64,000 nt of DNA from assembly GCA_037441645.1 (NCBI GenBank), contig JBBIRU010000010.1, positions 34,544 through 98,543 of the forward strand, read 5' to 3'. The stretch is from Bacteroidota bacterium (lineage in GTDB: Bacteria; Bacteroidota; Bacteroidia; Bacteroidales; GWA2-32-17). A program made the translations under genes and the position numbers. Below, piece by piece: positions 47,196 through 57,528 of this stretch; the stretch's first letter is position 1; each line of letters begins with the position of its first letter. Below the pieces are notes generated by a model that saw only the letters and a list, made by a program, of their open reading frames with translations, ran no database searches and was not told the origin of the DNA.

Positions 47196-48236
47196 ATGGA
47201 ACAAATATTAAATACAATTGAAAGAAGTAACGTTGCGCTTACCAAAGAAGATTTCGTAAGCGACCAGATGGTAAAATGGTGTCCCGGATGTGGCGCCCAT
47301 GCAATCCTGGCTTCTATTGCCAATGTGTTTCCTAAAATCGGTTACCGTAAAGAAAACTTTATGATGGTTTCCGGTATCGGATGTTCTTCAAGGTTTCCAT
47401 ATTATGTAAATACCTATGGATTTCATGGTATTCACGGACGTGCCTATCCTATTGCATCCGGTGTTAAAATATCAAACCCTAAATTAAGTGTCTGGGTAGC
47501 CACCGGCGATGGAGATTCCATGGCTATTGGCGGAAACCACATGATTCATACTATCCGGAGAAATATTGATATTAATGTTATGCTTTTCAATAATATGATT
47601 TATGGCTTAACTAAGGGCCAGTATTCTCCTACTACACCTATGGGCGCTGTAACAAAAACCTCTCCCCAGGGAACTATTGAGCATCCGTTTAATGCAGGTG
47701 AACTGGTATTAGGCGCCCAGGGAACTTTTTTTGCCCGCGTACCCGACAATAACATTAAAATAATGACTGACGTTATGTTTGAAGCAGCCCGCCACGACGG
47801 AACATCAATCATTGAAATTCTTCAGAACTGTGTTATTTACAACGACAAAATTCATGCATTAATTACAGGTAAAGATACAAGGGATGATAATCAGATCGTT
47901 CTCAGGAACGGCGAACCCATGATTTTCGGCACAAACCGAGATAAAGGAATCCGCATGAAAGAAGGCCGCCTGGAAGTTGTAAAAATAGGCGAAAACGGAA
48001 TTACTGAAGACGATCTCCTGGTTCACGATCAGTTCCAGCAGGATTCCGGTATCCACCTGATGCTGGCTAAAATGTCTCCTCCCAATTTCCCTGTTGCCAT
48101 GGGTGTTATCCGTTCAGCCATGTATCCGACTTACGATGATATGGTAGAAGCCCAGATTGATTATGCCCATAAAAATTCAAAAATTCTTACGGTTAACGAT
48201 CTTTTGAATAGCGGAGATGTATTTGATGTAGAATAA
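47196..48236 (+). CDS. korB: 2-oxoglutarate/2-oxoacid:ferredoxin oxidoreductase, beta subunit (TPP-binding)
   Basis: WCPGCG, GIGCSSR and GDGDSMAIGGNH (TPP motif). Confidence 0.88.
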   Translation: MEQILNTIERSNVALTKEDFVSDQMVKWCPGCGAHAILASIANVFPKIGYRKENFMMVSGIGCSSRFPYYVNTYGFHGIHGRAYPIASGVKISNPKLSVWVATGDGDSMAIGGNHMIHTIRRNIDINVMLFNNMIYGLTKGQYSPTTPMGAVTKTSPQGTIEHPFNAGELVLGAQGTFFARVPDNNIKIMTDVMFEAARHDGTSIIEILQNCVIYNDKIHALITGKDTRDDNQIVLRNGEPMIFGTNRDKGIRMKEGRLEVVKIGENGITEDDLLVHDQFQQDSGIHLMLAKMSPPNFPVAMGVIRSAMYPTYDDMVEAQIDYAHKNSKILTVNDLLNSGDVFDVE

Positions 48237-48251
48237 TAATTGTTAATTCAT

Positions 48252-48291
48252 AAAAAAAGAGGCTGTTTCAAAAGGGCAGCCTCTTTTTTTT
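48252..48291 (+). terminator. Rho-independent terminator after korB
   Basis: aaaaaaagaggctg-tttcaaaaggg-cagcctctttttttt has an 8-bp GC-rich stem followed by a T8 run. Confidence 0.8.
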
Positions 48292-48495
48292 ATCACTATA
48301 TCAACAAATACTATATTATTAAAATCATGTACAAATTGTTGAAGTCCGTAAATTTGTGCTGAGTAAAATCAAAGTAAAACTATTGGCAACCTGCTCCGCT
48401 ACACCAAAAAACATTCCATAATTCATATTTATTCTTTGGACTAATATGAATTAAAGATTGGTATAATAAAAACAGCCTGCTTAAATCCGCTTTAT

Positions 48496-49047
48496 TTACC
48501 ATACCCATTTATTATAGGATATAATCTTTGATGCAGGCTTCCTGATTTTCTTTCTCATTAAATAATTTTCAGATGGATAACCTAAAGTTATTACCAAACC
48601 TATTCTTTTCGATTTCGGAACCTGTAAAAGTTCCATTATCCTGTTCTCATCAAACCAGCCTATCATACATGTTCCCAAACCAAGCTCTGTGGCCTGCAAA
48701 CAGAAATGTTCTGCAGTTATACCAAGATCTGTCCATTCAAAGTCTTTATGTTTGATTTTACCGGCCATCCTTGTTATAAAAGCCGGGCGTTCAATAACAA
48801 TTACCAGGAGAACAGGCGCCTGTCGTGCAAATTTATTAACCGGAATTCCTTTACTTACTGTAGCATCAGCTACTTTAAAGCGCAGTTCCGGCTCATCAAC
48901 AACAATAAACTTCCAGGGCTGGGAATTACTGGCCGAAGGAGCAAAACGGGCAGCTTCAAGGCACTTTTCGATATCAGGTTTGGAAACGGGTCTAGAAGAA
49001 TATTTACGGACACTTTGTCTTTTCGATACAAGATCAGGAAAATCCAT
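48496..49047 (-). CDS. Nitroreductase family protein
   Basis: 183 aa. KRQSVRKYSSRPV and RFAPSASNSQPWKFIVV are classic nitroreductase N-terminal motifs. The + strand ORFs at 48689-49075 and 48706-49059 are antisense artefacts. Confidence 0.85.
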   Translation of the reverse strand: MDFPDLVSKRQSVRKYSSRPVSKPDIEKCLEAARFAPSASNSQPWKFIVVDEPELRFKVADATVSKGIPVNKFARQAPVLLVIVIERPAFITRMAGKIKHKDFEWTDLGITAEHFCLQATELGLGTCMIGWFDENRIMELLQVPKSKRIGLVITLGYPSENYLMRKKIRKPASKIISYNKWVW

Positions 49048-49055
49048 ACCAATAC

Positions 49056-49736
49056 TTAATCGCGCATATCGTTAATCTCAACTTTCGGATACTTGGTTTT
49101 ATCAAATGTAAACATGGTGTCGTCCATATCTTTGTTGGTATCCATTTTAAGAACTTCTATATAATAATCGGTACCGTCCTTGCCAAATCTTTTCATGCTG
49201 AATATCTGCATCTTATCTTTATCAATCTTTAAGGTAATTCTCGAAAATTCCTTTTTCAGATCAATGGGATACAGATCGATCTCATACAAAGACCTGTTTT
49301 TTTCAAATTTTTCATTAATAAATCTTACTTTATATCCTTTCTCGTAAATGGTAAACATTTTTGCAGGGTTTAAACTATTGTCATCATTCGGATCGGGCGT
49401 TGTAATATTAACTTCATTTGGATCTTTCATATAGGTCCATTGTGTTTTGCCATCATTAAAAATGGTAGAAACTGCCAGGTCTACTTTATATTTATTTCCC
49501 TTAATATAAATTTTACCTTTTTTAGAGTCATTGATTTTTTCCTGCTTGTTTTCTAAAATAATAGCAAATTCAGCTTCTATCGTTTTATATGCTTTTGTTT
49601 TTGCAGAAACCTGGTCGAGTATATTTTTTGCTTTTGGATCAACGGCCTGGTACGTCTCTGTTTTCTGGGTCTGTCCGATCAACATGGCAGATGCAAAAAG
49701 AATAAGGCTAAAAGATAAAATTACTTTTTTAGTCAT
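49056..49736 (-). CDS. lolA: LolA-like outer-membrane lipoprotein carrier protein
   Basis: 226 aa with a signal peptide. AKNILDQVSAKTKAYKTIEAEF is a LolA-like beginning. The position directly downstream of ftsK is typical for Bacteroidota. Confidence 0.6.
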   Translation of the reverse strand: MTKKVILSFSLILFASAMLIGQTQKTETYQAVDPKAKNILDQVSAKTKAYKTIEAEFAIILENKQEKINDSKKGKIYIKGNKYKVDLAVSTIFNDGKTQWTYMKDPNEVNITTPDPNDDNSLNPAKMFTIYEKGYKVRFINEKFEKNRSLYEIDLYPIDLKKEFSRITLKIDKDKMQIFSMKRFGKDGTDYYIEVLKMDTNKDMDDTMFTFDKTKYPKVEINDMRD

Positions 49737-49747
49737 GGTAAATAATT

Positions 49748-52195
49748 TTAAAAGGAATTAAGGGAATTCAAATATTGTTCCAAAGAATTCAGGTCGGTAT
49801 ATAACACCTGCCGGGCTTTACTTCCTTCGTACGGGCCAACGATTCCGGCAGATTCCAGTTGATCGATTATTCTGCCTGCACGCGTATATCCAATGGAGAA
49901 TTTACGCTGAATAAGAGATGTACTTCCCTGCTGGCTCATAACAATTAATTTAGCTGCATCTGCAAAAAGTTCATCGCGTTTATTAGGATCAAATCCCTCG
50001 GCCGAGAACCCTTCATTTTCTTCAGGGATTTCAGGTAAATAATGAGAGTGGGCAGGCCCCTGCTGATCGCCGATGAAATCGGTTAACTTTGTTATTTCAG
50101 GAGTATCTATAAATGCACACTGAACACGAACCAGGTCTCCGCCTAAAGAAATAAGAAGGTCGCCCCTGCCAATCAACTGGTTCGCACCCGGAGAATCGAG
50201 AATAGTTCTTGAATCAATCATGGAAGAAACCCGGAAGGCAATACGTGAGGGAAAATTAGCCTTGATAGAACCTGTAATAATGTTGGTTGAAGGACGTTGT
50301 GTTGCTATTATTAAATGTATTCCAATAGCGCGGGCAAGCTGGGCAAGGCGGGCAATAGGATCTTCTATTTCACGGCCTGCTGTTTGAATCAGGTCGGCAA
50401 ATTCGTCAACCACTACCACAATATATGGCATAAACCTGTGTCCTTTGTTCGGATTCAGATGGCGCTTGATATATTTCTCGTTATATTCCTTTATGGTTCT
50501 TACTCCGGCATCTTTCAGCAGATCGTACCGGGCATCCATCTCTATAGTCAATGACCGTAAAGTGTTTTTAACCTTCTGTACATCGGTAATAATTGCTTCT
50601 TCCGAATCGGGTAATTTGGCGAGGAAATGCTTTTCTATTTTTGAGTAAACAGACAGTTCAACTTTTTTAGGGTCAATTAAAACAAATTTTATTTCTGCCG
50701 GATGTTTTCTATAAAGCAGTGAAGTTAAAATGGCATTTAATCCAACCGATTTTCCCTGCCCTGTTGCCCCGGCCACAAGCAAGTGCGGGGAACGTGTAAG
50801 GTCGAAAACAAAAACTTCATTTTGTATTGTTTTTCCCATAGCAATGGGCAGATCGAACTTTGCATCCTGAAATTTAGCAGAACTTATAACAGAGCGCATA
50901 GATACCACTTCGGGATTCTGATTCGGAACTTCTATACCAATCGTTCCTTTTCCCGGAATAGGGGCAATTATTCTGATACCTAAGGCAGCAAGGCTTAAAG
51001 CAATATCATCTTCAAGGTTCCTGATTTTCGAAATTTTCACCCCGGGAGCAGGAACAATTTCATATAATGTTACTGTTGGTCCGATGGTAGCTTTAATTTT
51101 ATCAATCTGGATTCCGTAGTTCTTAAGAGTATCAATAATTTTATTTTTATTGGCTATCAGTTCCTGTTCGCTGACTTCAGAATTTGAAGAACGATGGTCT
51201 TCCAAAATATCTATAGGTGGAAATTTATATTTTGAGAGTTCGAGCCGCGGGTCAAAATCGCCCTGTATATTTTCGAGGGTCTGTTCTGTTACATTCACCT
51301 CCGGTTCATCTTCTTTACGCTCTACCGTCAAGGTAATACCACCGGGATTTTCAGAATTTATTTCTTTTACGAATTTTTCCGGCAATTCTTCTTCAGTTTC
51401 CGGCTTATTGTATTCATCTTCTATCGTACGAACAGTAAATTCAGGAACTTCCGTGTCTTCTTCAGCTATTTCCGGTTCATTGTTATCCTTACCTTCTTCT
51501 GGTTCTTCTTTCTCTGTTTCGGTATCAGTAATGGGTTCAATATTTTTTACGGGCAATAACGTTTCTTTTGATTTTGCAAGAATCCGTTTAAACCAGAGTA
51601 ATGCATCCCTGAAAACAAAAATCACAAAAGTAAAAGCAGTAATGCCTAAAATAAAAAATGTACCGATTTTCCCGGTAGCTGCATTCAGCCATTTACTTAT
51701 AAAGTAACCTGTAGCACCGCCCAGAAAAAACCAATCGGTTCCAAATAAATAACCTAAAGCAACAGAAAACCATAATGTTAAAAATATCAGGTATTTTACG
51801 GTTTTTGAAAAGGGTAAAAGTTTTATTTTTAATAATCTAAAAGATACTAAAATAATAATGAGAAGAATGGAAATGGACGAAATGCCAAACCAGTTATGAA
51901 TAAAGAGATTTGCAAAAAAGGCACCTGTCTTCCCTGCCCAGTTGTCTACAATAATATTTTCATCAGATATAAGCGAAAACCAGCTAATACTTAATTTGCT
52001 CTGATCGGTTTGCCAGGTAAAAAGGTAGGAAATAAAGGCAAAAAGTAAAAACGCAGAGAAAAACAATAACAGAACTGCCAATACGGCTTTAAATCGTTCG
52101 TCTTTAAAAAAAGCAATGGTTTTAACAAAAAAATTGCCATTCTTCTTATCAGATTTTGAAGATTTTTCTTCTGTTTTCTTTTTTTTATCTCCCAT
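49748..52195 (-). CDS. ftsK: DNA translocase FtsK
   Basis: N-terminal TM helices, an acidic linker, motor-domain Walker A GATGQGKS, Walker B VVVDEFADL, and a C-terminal gamma winged helix (SLIQRKFSIGYTRAGRIIDQLE). Confidence 0.95.
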   Translation of the reverse strand: MGDKKKKTEEKSSKSDKKNGNFFVKTIAFFKDERFKAVLAVLLLFFSAFLLFAFISYLFTWQTDQSKLSISWFSLISDENIIVDNWAGKTGAFFANLFIHNWFGISSISILLIIILVSFRLLKIKLLPFSKTVKYLIFLTLWFSVALGYLFGTDWFFLGGATGYFISKWLNAATGKIGTFFILGITAFTFVIFVFRDALLWFKRILAKSKETLLPVKNIEPITDTETEKEEPEEGKDNNEPEIAEEDTEVPEFTVRTIEDEYNKPETEEELPEKFVKEINSENPGGITLTVERKEDEPEVNVTEQTLENIQGDFDPRLELSKYKFPPIDILEDHRSSNSEVSEQELIANKNKIIDTLKNYGIQIDKIKATIGPTVTLYEIVPAPGVKISKIRNLEDDIALSLAALGIRIIAPIPGKGTIGIEVPNQNPEVVSMRSVISSAKFQDAKFDLPIAMGKTIQNEVFVFDLTRSPHLLVAGATGQGKSVGLNAILTSLLYRKHPAEIKFVLIDPKKVELSVYSKIEKHFLAKLPDSEEAIITDVQKVKNTLRSLTIEMDARYDLLKDAGVRTIKEYNEKYIKRHLNPNKGHRFMPYIVVVVDEFADLIQTAGREIEDPIARLAQLARAIGIHLIIATQRPSTNIITGSIKANFPSRIAFRVSSMIDSRTILDSPGANQLIGRGDLLISLGGDLVRVQCAFIDTPEITKLTDFIGDQQGPAHSHYLPEIPEENEGFSAEGFDPNKRDELFADAAKLIVMSQQGSTSLIQRKFSIGYTRAGRIIDQLESAGIVGPYEGSKARQVLYTDLNSLEQYLNSLNSF

Positions 52196-52239
52196 TAGGA
52201 AAATATATCGAAATTATTAGCGAATGTGCTTAAATAAAG

Positions 52240-52272
52240 AAAAAAAATCCCCTGAGACAGAGGATTTTTTTT
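52240..52272 (-). terminator. Hairpin terminator (bidirectional form) between the 52297-52977 gene and ftsK
   Basis: aaaaaaaatcccctg-aga-cagaggatttttttt has an 8-bp stem with one mismatch, flanked by A and T runs. Confidence 0.6.
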
Positions 52273-52296
52273 AACTGTTTTATGAACAACTCTGAT

Positions 52297-52977
52297 TTAC
52301 TCTCCACCACCGCCAAACATTTTTTTGAATTCGGCCATCGACATTTCTTTATAATCAGTGGGAACAGTAAACATTACATCTTTAACTTTTTCTTTTTTTA
52401 CTTCTTTGGCAGTAATAAGCATTTTTATATCTCCCTCCTGACCGGCTACCTGGGTATATTCAAGCATTACTCCCTGAACATCCTTAAACTGGGTTTGCCA
52501 GTTCGAATTGGGAATATCCAGTTCATCAGCAATAAAAATAGTAGCTGTTTTTCCATCCTGCGTAAAGTCGGCTTTTTTACAATTATATCCTGCAATTTGT
52601 TTTGTTTCCGTACCCAGCGTAATAGTACCCTGAGGAATTTCGGCCTGACTTTTTTCTGTTTCTTCCTTAGTTGATTTCAAAGCCATCTTCTGCCCCATCA
52701 TGTCAATGAGTACAACCTGTTCCTTTGTTGAGATATCGCCGATGATAATGGCAGAACCCATGGGAGTCTTCTGCTCCATGCGGGTTTTATTACCTTTAAA
52801 ATACATTTGAATTTCGGTAGGTAACTGTGCCGATACAGAAGCATCAATATCTCCCTGGGGAGCTACGGTATAAAAAATATGGCCTTCAAAGGGTTTATTC
52901 CCTTTATCTTTTTGTGCAAAACTTTGTATTGTCACTAAGGAAATAACAAAAACAAATAAATAATTAATTAGTTTCAT
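52297..52977 (-). CDS. Secreted protein of unknown function (possibly DUF4412-like)
   Basis: Signal peptide MKLINYLFVFVISLVTIQSFAQ. It shares the blocks G-x-I-x-Y, FKxN, IAGYxCKK and GVxLEY with the neighbouring gene. Confidence 0.5.
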   Translation of the reverse strand: MKLINYLFVFVISLVTIQSFAQKDKGNKPFEGHIFYTVAPQGDIDASVSAQLPTEIQMYFKGNKTRMEQKTPMGSAIIIGDISTKEQVVLIDMMGQKMALKSTKEETEKSQAEIPQGTITLGTETKQIAGYNCKKADFTQDGKTATIFIADELDIPNSNWQTQFKDVQGVMLEYTQVAGQEGDIKMLITAKEVKKEKVKDVMFTVPTDYKEMSMAEFKKMFGGGGE

Positions 52978-53004
52978 GTAGATTGAAAATTTTAGTTTTT
53001 ACAT

Positions 53005-53700
53005 TTACATTAAATTACTGATCACTTCCTGCATTTTTTCCTTGGGTACTTTAGAAAAGCCTTCCGGAACATTAAATTCATCGTCAGGAATTTCTTCTTT
53101 AATAACCTTCTTAGCTGTGAGTCGCATGGGAATTTTCTGAAAGGACATCTGGAATTCCAGGAGAACCCCGTTTATCATACTAAACGGATTGTTACAATTA
53201 GGATTTTCTAATTTAATTTCGTCAGTATAATATACAGAAAATGAAGGTTTAGCTGAATCACCGATAAAAATATTTGAACATTTACATAAATAACCCGCAA
53301 TGGTTTTACTAGAATCTGATGCTTCAACACGAATTCCCGGCATTTCATCAAATCCGAAAGGCGGGCCATCCATGGTGGTTTCATAATAATACTTCTCATT
53401 CATTATTTTAAGAATGGCATCTCTTTTATTATTTCCCCGATCGGCAATTCCTGCCATCTGGAAAATCCCCATCCATCCTTCGATTTTCTGAATAGAGAGA
53501 TTATCTTTAAACTTTAACGACATGGTAGTAGGAAGAAGACTGATGAGAGGGTTGTCTTTTTCGTCCTGAAGATAAAGAATATCGTATTCTATAGTTCCTT
53601 CGTCAAGCTTCCCCGAAAATCCGGAAAAATTACATGAATATGTGAATATTAGTAAAGTAATAAAAATAAAACTAAAAAACCGGATGACGGGAAATTGCAT
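53005..53700 (-). CDS. Exported protein of unknown function, a distant paralog of 52297-52977
   Basis: N-terminal hydrophobic segment with a Cys (FTYSCNFSG). It shares the blocks GTIEYDILY, LKFKDN, IAGYLCKC and GVLLEFQ. Confidence 0.5.
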   Translation of the reverse strand: MQFPVIRFFSFIFITLLIFTYSCNFSGFSGKLDEGTIEYDILYLQDEKDNPLISLLPTTMSLKFKDNLSIQKIEGWMGIFQMAGIADRGNNKRDAILKIMNEKYYYETTMDGPPFGFDEMPGIRVEASDSSKTIAGYLCKCSNIFIGDSAKPSFSVYYTDEIKLENPNCNNPFSMINGVLLEFQMSFQKIPMRLTAKKVIKEEIPDDEFNVPEGFSKVPKEKMQEVISNLM

Positions 53701-53785
53701 TACTTTTTATCTTCTTTAAAAGACAAAAATAAAAAATTAATTTTAATGGCAGACAAAAAAGTAAATAATTTCCCAACGATTAAAA

Positions 53786-55177
53786 TCAATAGCCCAAATT
53801 TTTCAACATGGAAACGGCACTCTGTTCTTTTGCAAACAACTTGGTTGAATAATCTCCGTTTTCATCCCTGTTAATAATAATATGCTTAGGTGCAGGGATT
53901 AAGCAGTGCTGAATTCCTCCATATCCACCTAACGCTTCCTGGTATGCACCGGTATGAAAAAAGCCAATATACAAGGGTCTTTCTTTGTCAAATTTTGGTA
54001 AAAATATAGCGTTCACATGGGCTTCTTCACTATAATAATCCTGGCTGTCGCAGGTGAGCCCTCCTAAAAATACTCTTTCATAAGGAAGATCCCAGTTATT
54101 TATTGCCAATAAAATAAATCTTTGATTCATTGCCCATATATCCGGAAGAGTTGTCATAAAAGAACTGTCAATTATATCCCATTGCTCGCGATCGTTTTGC
54201 TTTTTCTGATCTAATACGGAATAAAGAACTGCCCCGCTTTCGCCCACTGTATATGATCCGAATTCAGTAAAAATATGAGGTTCGGGTACTTCGCCCTGTT
54301 CACAAAGACGTTTAATCTGGCTCACTATTTCTTCTGTGATGTACTCATATTCGTAATCAAATGCAAGGGAGTTTTTAATAGGAAAACCACCCCCGATATT
54401 TAAACTATCCAGTTCCGGGCAAATTTTCTTCAGCTCAACATATACAGAAACACATTTCGTAAGTTCATTCCAGTAATAAGAAGTATCTTTTATACCTGTA
54501 TTGATAAAGAAATGTAACATCTTTAACTCGAACTTCTTATTATTTTTTATCCGGGAATTATAGTAATCGATTATCTCGTTATACCTGAAGCCCAGACGGG
54601 AAGTATAAAACTGGAAACTGGGCTCTTCCTCGGCAGCTATTCTTATACCCAGTTTAGATTTTACCTTAATATTCTTTTCATAAAAGGCAAGCTCATCTTT
54701 ATTGTCCAATACCGGTATGGTATTATGAAATCCGCTGTTAACCAGTTCGCAGATGTATTGAATGTACAACGGTTTTTTAAAGCCATTACATACAATAAAC
54801 GTATCAGTTGTTATTTGCCCGTTCTCATACAAACGATCAATAATAGGAATATCAAAAGCCGACGAAGTTTCAATATGAATATCATTTTTCAGGGCCTCTT
54901 CAAGAACAAATGAAAAATGTGAACTTTTGGTGCAATAACAAAAAAAGTATTCTCCCTGGTAATCTGATTTCGCAATCGCCACATTAAAAAATCGCTTGGC
55001 TTTCTGAATTTGCTCGGAAATCTTCGGAAGATATGATATTTTTAATGGCGTCCCGTATTGTTTAATAATATCCATTAACGGAAGATCGTGGAAGTACAAT
55101 TCTTCATCTATTACATTAAATTCATCCTGCGGAAAATCAAAAGTTTGTTCAATCAGATCAAGATAACGTGTTTTCAT
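53786..55177 (-). CDS. Fold-type III PLP-dependent decarboxylase, arginine decarboxylase-like
   Basis: 463 aa. YGTPLKISYLPKI, CYCTKSSHF (PLP Lys region), NIGGGFP, FTEFGSY and GGLTCDSQD. Substrate assignment is by resemblance to the short Bacteroidota arginine decarboxylases. Confidence 0.6.
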   Translation of the reverse strand: MKTRYLDLIEQTFDFPQDEFNVIDEELYFHDLPLMDIIKQYGTPLKISYLPKISEQIQKAKRFFNVAIAKSDYQGEYFFCYCTKSSHFSFVLEEALKNDIHIETSSAFDIPIIDRLYENGQITTDTFIVCNGFKKPLYIQYICELVNSGFHNTIPVLDNKDELAFYEKNIKVKSKLGIRIAAEEEPSFQFYTSRLGFRYNEIIDYYNSRIKNNKKFELKMLHFFINTGIKDTSYYWNELTKCVSVYVELKKICPELDSLNIGGGFPIKNSLAFDYEYEYITEEIVSQIKRLCEQGEVPEPHIFTEFGSYTVGESGAVLYSVLDQKKQNDREQWDIIDSSFMTTLPDIWAMNQRFILLAINNWDLPYERVFLGGLTCDSQDYYSEEAHVNAIFLPKFDKERPLYIGFFHTGAYQEALGGYGGIQHCLIPAPKHIIINRDENGDYSTKLFAKEQSAVSMLKNLGY

Positions 55178-55364
55178 TTATAAAATGTAAGTAAGTTAGA
55201 TTATAAAATAAAAATCAATCCGGATAACCCGGATTTTACAATTTTTGCAAAAGTAATAAAAATAGAATATGAATTTAAATTTTCATGAAAATATTACCAG
55301 CTTAACAGTCAACATAATACCTATATTGTTTGGAATAAATACAAAGCATTGAAAAATTATTAAT

Positions 55365-55372
55365 TATTTTTG
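55365..55372 (+). promoter_or_regulatory. -7 promoter box (TAttTTTG) upstream of arcC
   Basis: tatttttg lies 25 nt upstream of the ATG at 55398. Confidence 0.4.
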
Positions 55373-55397
55373 CCGCTTAATTTTAATTCACGGACTA

Positions 55398-56342
55398 ATG
55401 AAAAAGTTAGCAGTTGTAGCATTTGGTGGTAACGCCTTATTAAGGGCTGGTCAAAAAGGAACCATCAGCGAACAGGAGAAAAATGCATATGAGACCTGTG
55501 AAAATTTAGTCACATTGCTTAAAAATGATTATAACCTGATTATAACCCATGGAAATGGGCCGCAGGTTGGAAACATACTTCTTCAGAATATTGCCGGTGC
55601 AAGAAATTTTGGTATCCCGGAAATGCCCCTCGATATCTGCGGAGCATACAGCCAGGGTTTTATCGGATATATTATCGAACAACAACTGCGCAACGTCCTG
55701 GAAAGAAAAGGAATCGACGGGGATATCATTACTCTTATCACACAAGTATTGGTTGATAAAGATGATCCTGCCTTTAAAAATCCCACAAAACCCATTGGCC
55801 CTTATTATTCAATGGAAGAAGCTGAAAAGCTGATGGCCGAAACCAAATCGAAATATGTAGAAGATCCTCAGGGACGCGGATGGAGAAAAGTTGTTGCGTC
55901 ACCCAAACCTTACAGAATCGGAAACAGAAAATCCATTGGAAACCTGGCACGCGCAGGTAACATTGTTATCGCTGTAGGTGGTGGTGGTATACCTGTTTAT
56001 TATAAAGAACCAAATACTCTTGAAGGAATAGATGCGGTAATTGATAAAGATCTGGCTTCATCCCTGCTGGCAACACAGGTAAGCGCCGACGAATTTTACA
56101 TTTTAACAGATATTCCTAAAGTTTGTATTAATTTTAAAAAGCCCGATGAAGTTAAACTCGACAGGATGACCATTGCCGAAGCTGAGAGATATATGGCCGA
56201 AGGCCAGTTTGCCGAAGGCAGCATGGCGCCCAAAGTAAAAGCATGTGTGAAATTTGTTAAAAATGGCGGACGTACGGCCATCATTACAGAAGCTTCAAAA
56301 CTTCAGGATCCGGATGCAGGAACTAAAATTGTACTCAATTAA
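55398..56342 (+). CDS. arcC: Carbamate kinase
   Basis: 314 aa. [19 protein letters not shown] and GGGGIPV motifs. Confidence 0.9.
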   Translation: MKKLAVVAFGGNALLRAGQKGTISEQEKNAYETCENLVTLLKNDYNLIITHGNGPQVGNILLQNIAGARNFGIPEMPLDICGAYSQGFIGYIIEQQLRNVLERKGIDGDIITLITQVLVDKDDPAFKNPTKPIGPYYSMEEAEKLMAETKSKYVEDPQGRGWRKVVASPKPYRIGNRKSIGNLARAGNIVIAVGGGGIPVYYKEPNTLEGIDAVIDKDLASSLLATQVSADEFYILTDIPKVCINFKKPDEVKLDRMTIAEAERYMAEGQFAEGSMAPKVKACVKFVKNGGRTAIITEASKLQDPDAGTKIVLN

Positions 56343-56365
56343 TAATATTTAAAACAGGAGGTTAT

Positions 56366-57367
56366 ATGGCTTTCAATCTGAGAAACAGAAGTTTTTTAAA
56401 ACTGCTTGATTTTACTCCGCAGGAAATAAAGTTTTTACTGGACTTATCGGCAGACCTGAAAAAAGCAAAATATGCAGGTACCGAACAACAAAAATTAAAA
56501 GGAAAAAACATTGCTTTGATTTTCGAGAAAGATTCGACCCGTACCCGTTGTGCATTTGAGGTTGCCGCGTACGACCAGGGAGCCCATGTCACCTACCTTG
56601 GACCAAGTGGTTCACAGATCGGCAAAAAAGAATCGATGAAAGATACAGCACGCGTTTTAGGACGCATGTATGATGGAATTGAATATCGTGGTTATGGCCA
56701 GGATATTGTTGAAGAACTGGCAAAATATTCAGGTGTTCCTGTATGGAACGGCCTTACCAACGAATTCCATCCTACCCAGATTCTTGCCGATTTATTAACT
56801 ATGACGGAGCATTCCGATAAACCTCTTCATCAGATTTCTTTCTGCTATTTAGGCGATGCCAGGAATAATATGGGTAACTCATTATTAATAGGTGCTGCAA
56901 AAATGGGAATGGACTTCAGGGCTGCCGCCCCTAAAAAGTGTCAACCCAGCGATGAACTTGTAAAAAAAGCCAAAAATATTGCTAAAGAAACCGGTGCTAA
57001 AATCACTATTACCGATGATGTTGCCAAAGCAGTAAAAGGTGTGGATTTCTTATATACCGACGTATGGGTTTCGATGGGTGAAGCCGATTCGGTATGGGCC
57101 GAAAGAATTAAGCTTTTACAACCGTACCAGGTAAATACAAAAGTTCTGAAACTTACGGGAAATCCAGAAGTAAAATTCCTTCATTGTCTTCCGGCCTTTC
57201 ACAATCGCGAAACTAAGGTTGGGGAAGAAATTTATCAGAAATATAAACTTGACGGAATGGAAGTTACCGATGACGTATTTGAATCCTCCCATTCCATTGT
57301 ATTTGACGAAGCCGAAAATCGTATACATACCATCAAAGCGGTAATGGTAGCAACCCTCGGCTGTTAA
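56366..57367 (+). CDS. argF: Ornithine carbamoyltransferase (a related transcarbamylase specificity is not excluded)
   Basis: 333 aa. [25 protein letters not shown] and HCLPAFH. Preceded by AGGAGG at 56356-56361. Confidence 0.85.
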   Translation: MAFNLRNRSFLKLLDFTPQEIKFLLDLSADLKKAKYAGTEQQKLKGKNIALIFEKDSTRTRCAFEVAAYDQGAHVTYLGPSGSQIGKKESMKDTARVLGRMYDGIEYRGYGQDIVEELAKYSGVPVWNGLTNEFHPTQILADLLTMTEHSDKPLHQISFCYLGDARNNMGNSLLIGAAKMGMDFRAAAPKKCQPSDELVKKAKNIAKETGAKITITDDVAKAVKGVDFLYTDVWVSMGEADSVWAERIKLLQPYQVNTKVLKLTGNPEVKFLHCLPAFHNRETKVGEEIYQKYKLDGMEVTDDVFESSHSIVFDEAENRIHTIKAVMVATLGC

Positions 57368-57385
57368 TAACAGCTAAAAATGTTA

Positions 57386-57430
57386 AAAATCAAACAATGT
57401 TTTTAATTGATATTGTTTGATTTTCTTGTT
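57386..57430 (+). terminator. AT-rich hairpin, a possible terminator after argF
   Basis: aaaatcaaacaat (57386-57398) pairs with attgtttgatttt (57412-57424) across a 13-nt loop and is followed by cttgttttt. The stem is AT-rich, so this is weak. Confidence 0.35.
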
Positions 57431-57501
57431 TTTAAATGTTTGGCACAAATGAATGTGCAGAACTTTTTAAAATCTGAACATAATTTTGATCTTAAAAGAA
57501 G

Positions 57502-57509
57502 TATTTTTG
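57502..57509 (+). promoter_or_regulatory. -7 promoter box (TAttTTTG) upstream of plsY
   Basis: tatttttg lies 19 nt upstream of the ATG at 57529. Confidence 0.4.
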
Positions 57510-57528
57510 GCAATTAAAAAATAAGAAT

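Noticed and set aside
48689-49075. Two overlapping + strand ORFs (128 and 117 aa)
   Set aside because: They are antisense to a clear nitroreductase (RFAPSASNSQPW).
51150-51707. 185-aa Ser-rich + strand ORF
   Set aside because: It is antisense to the acidic linker of ftsK, and its composition mirrors the Glu/Thr-rich linker codons. Not a gene.
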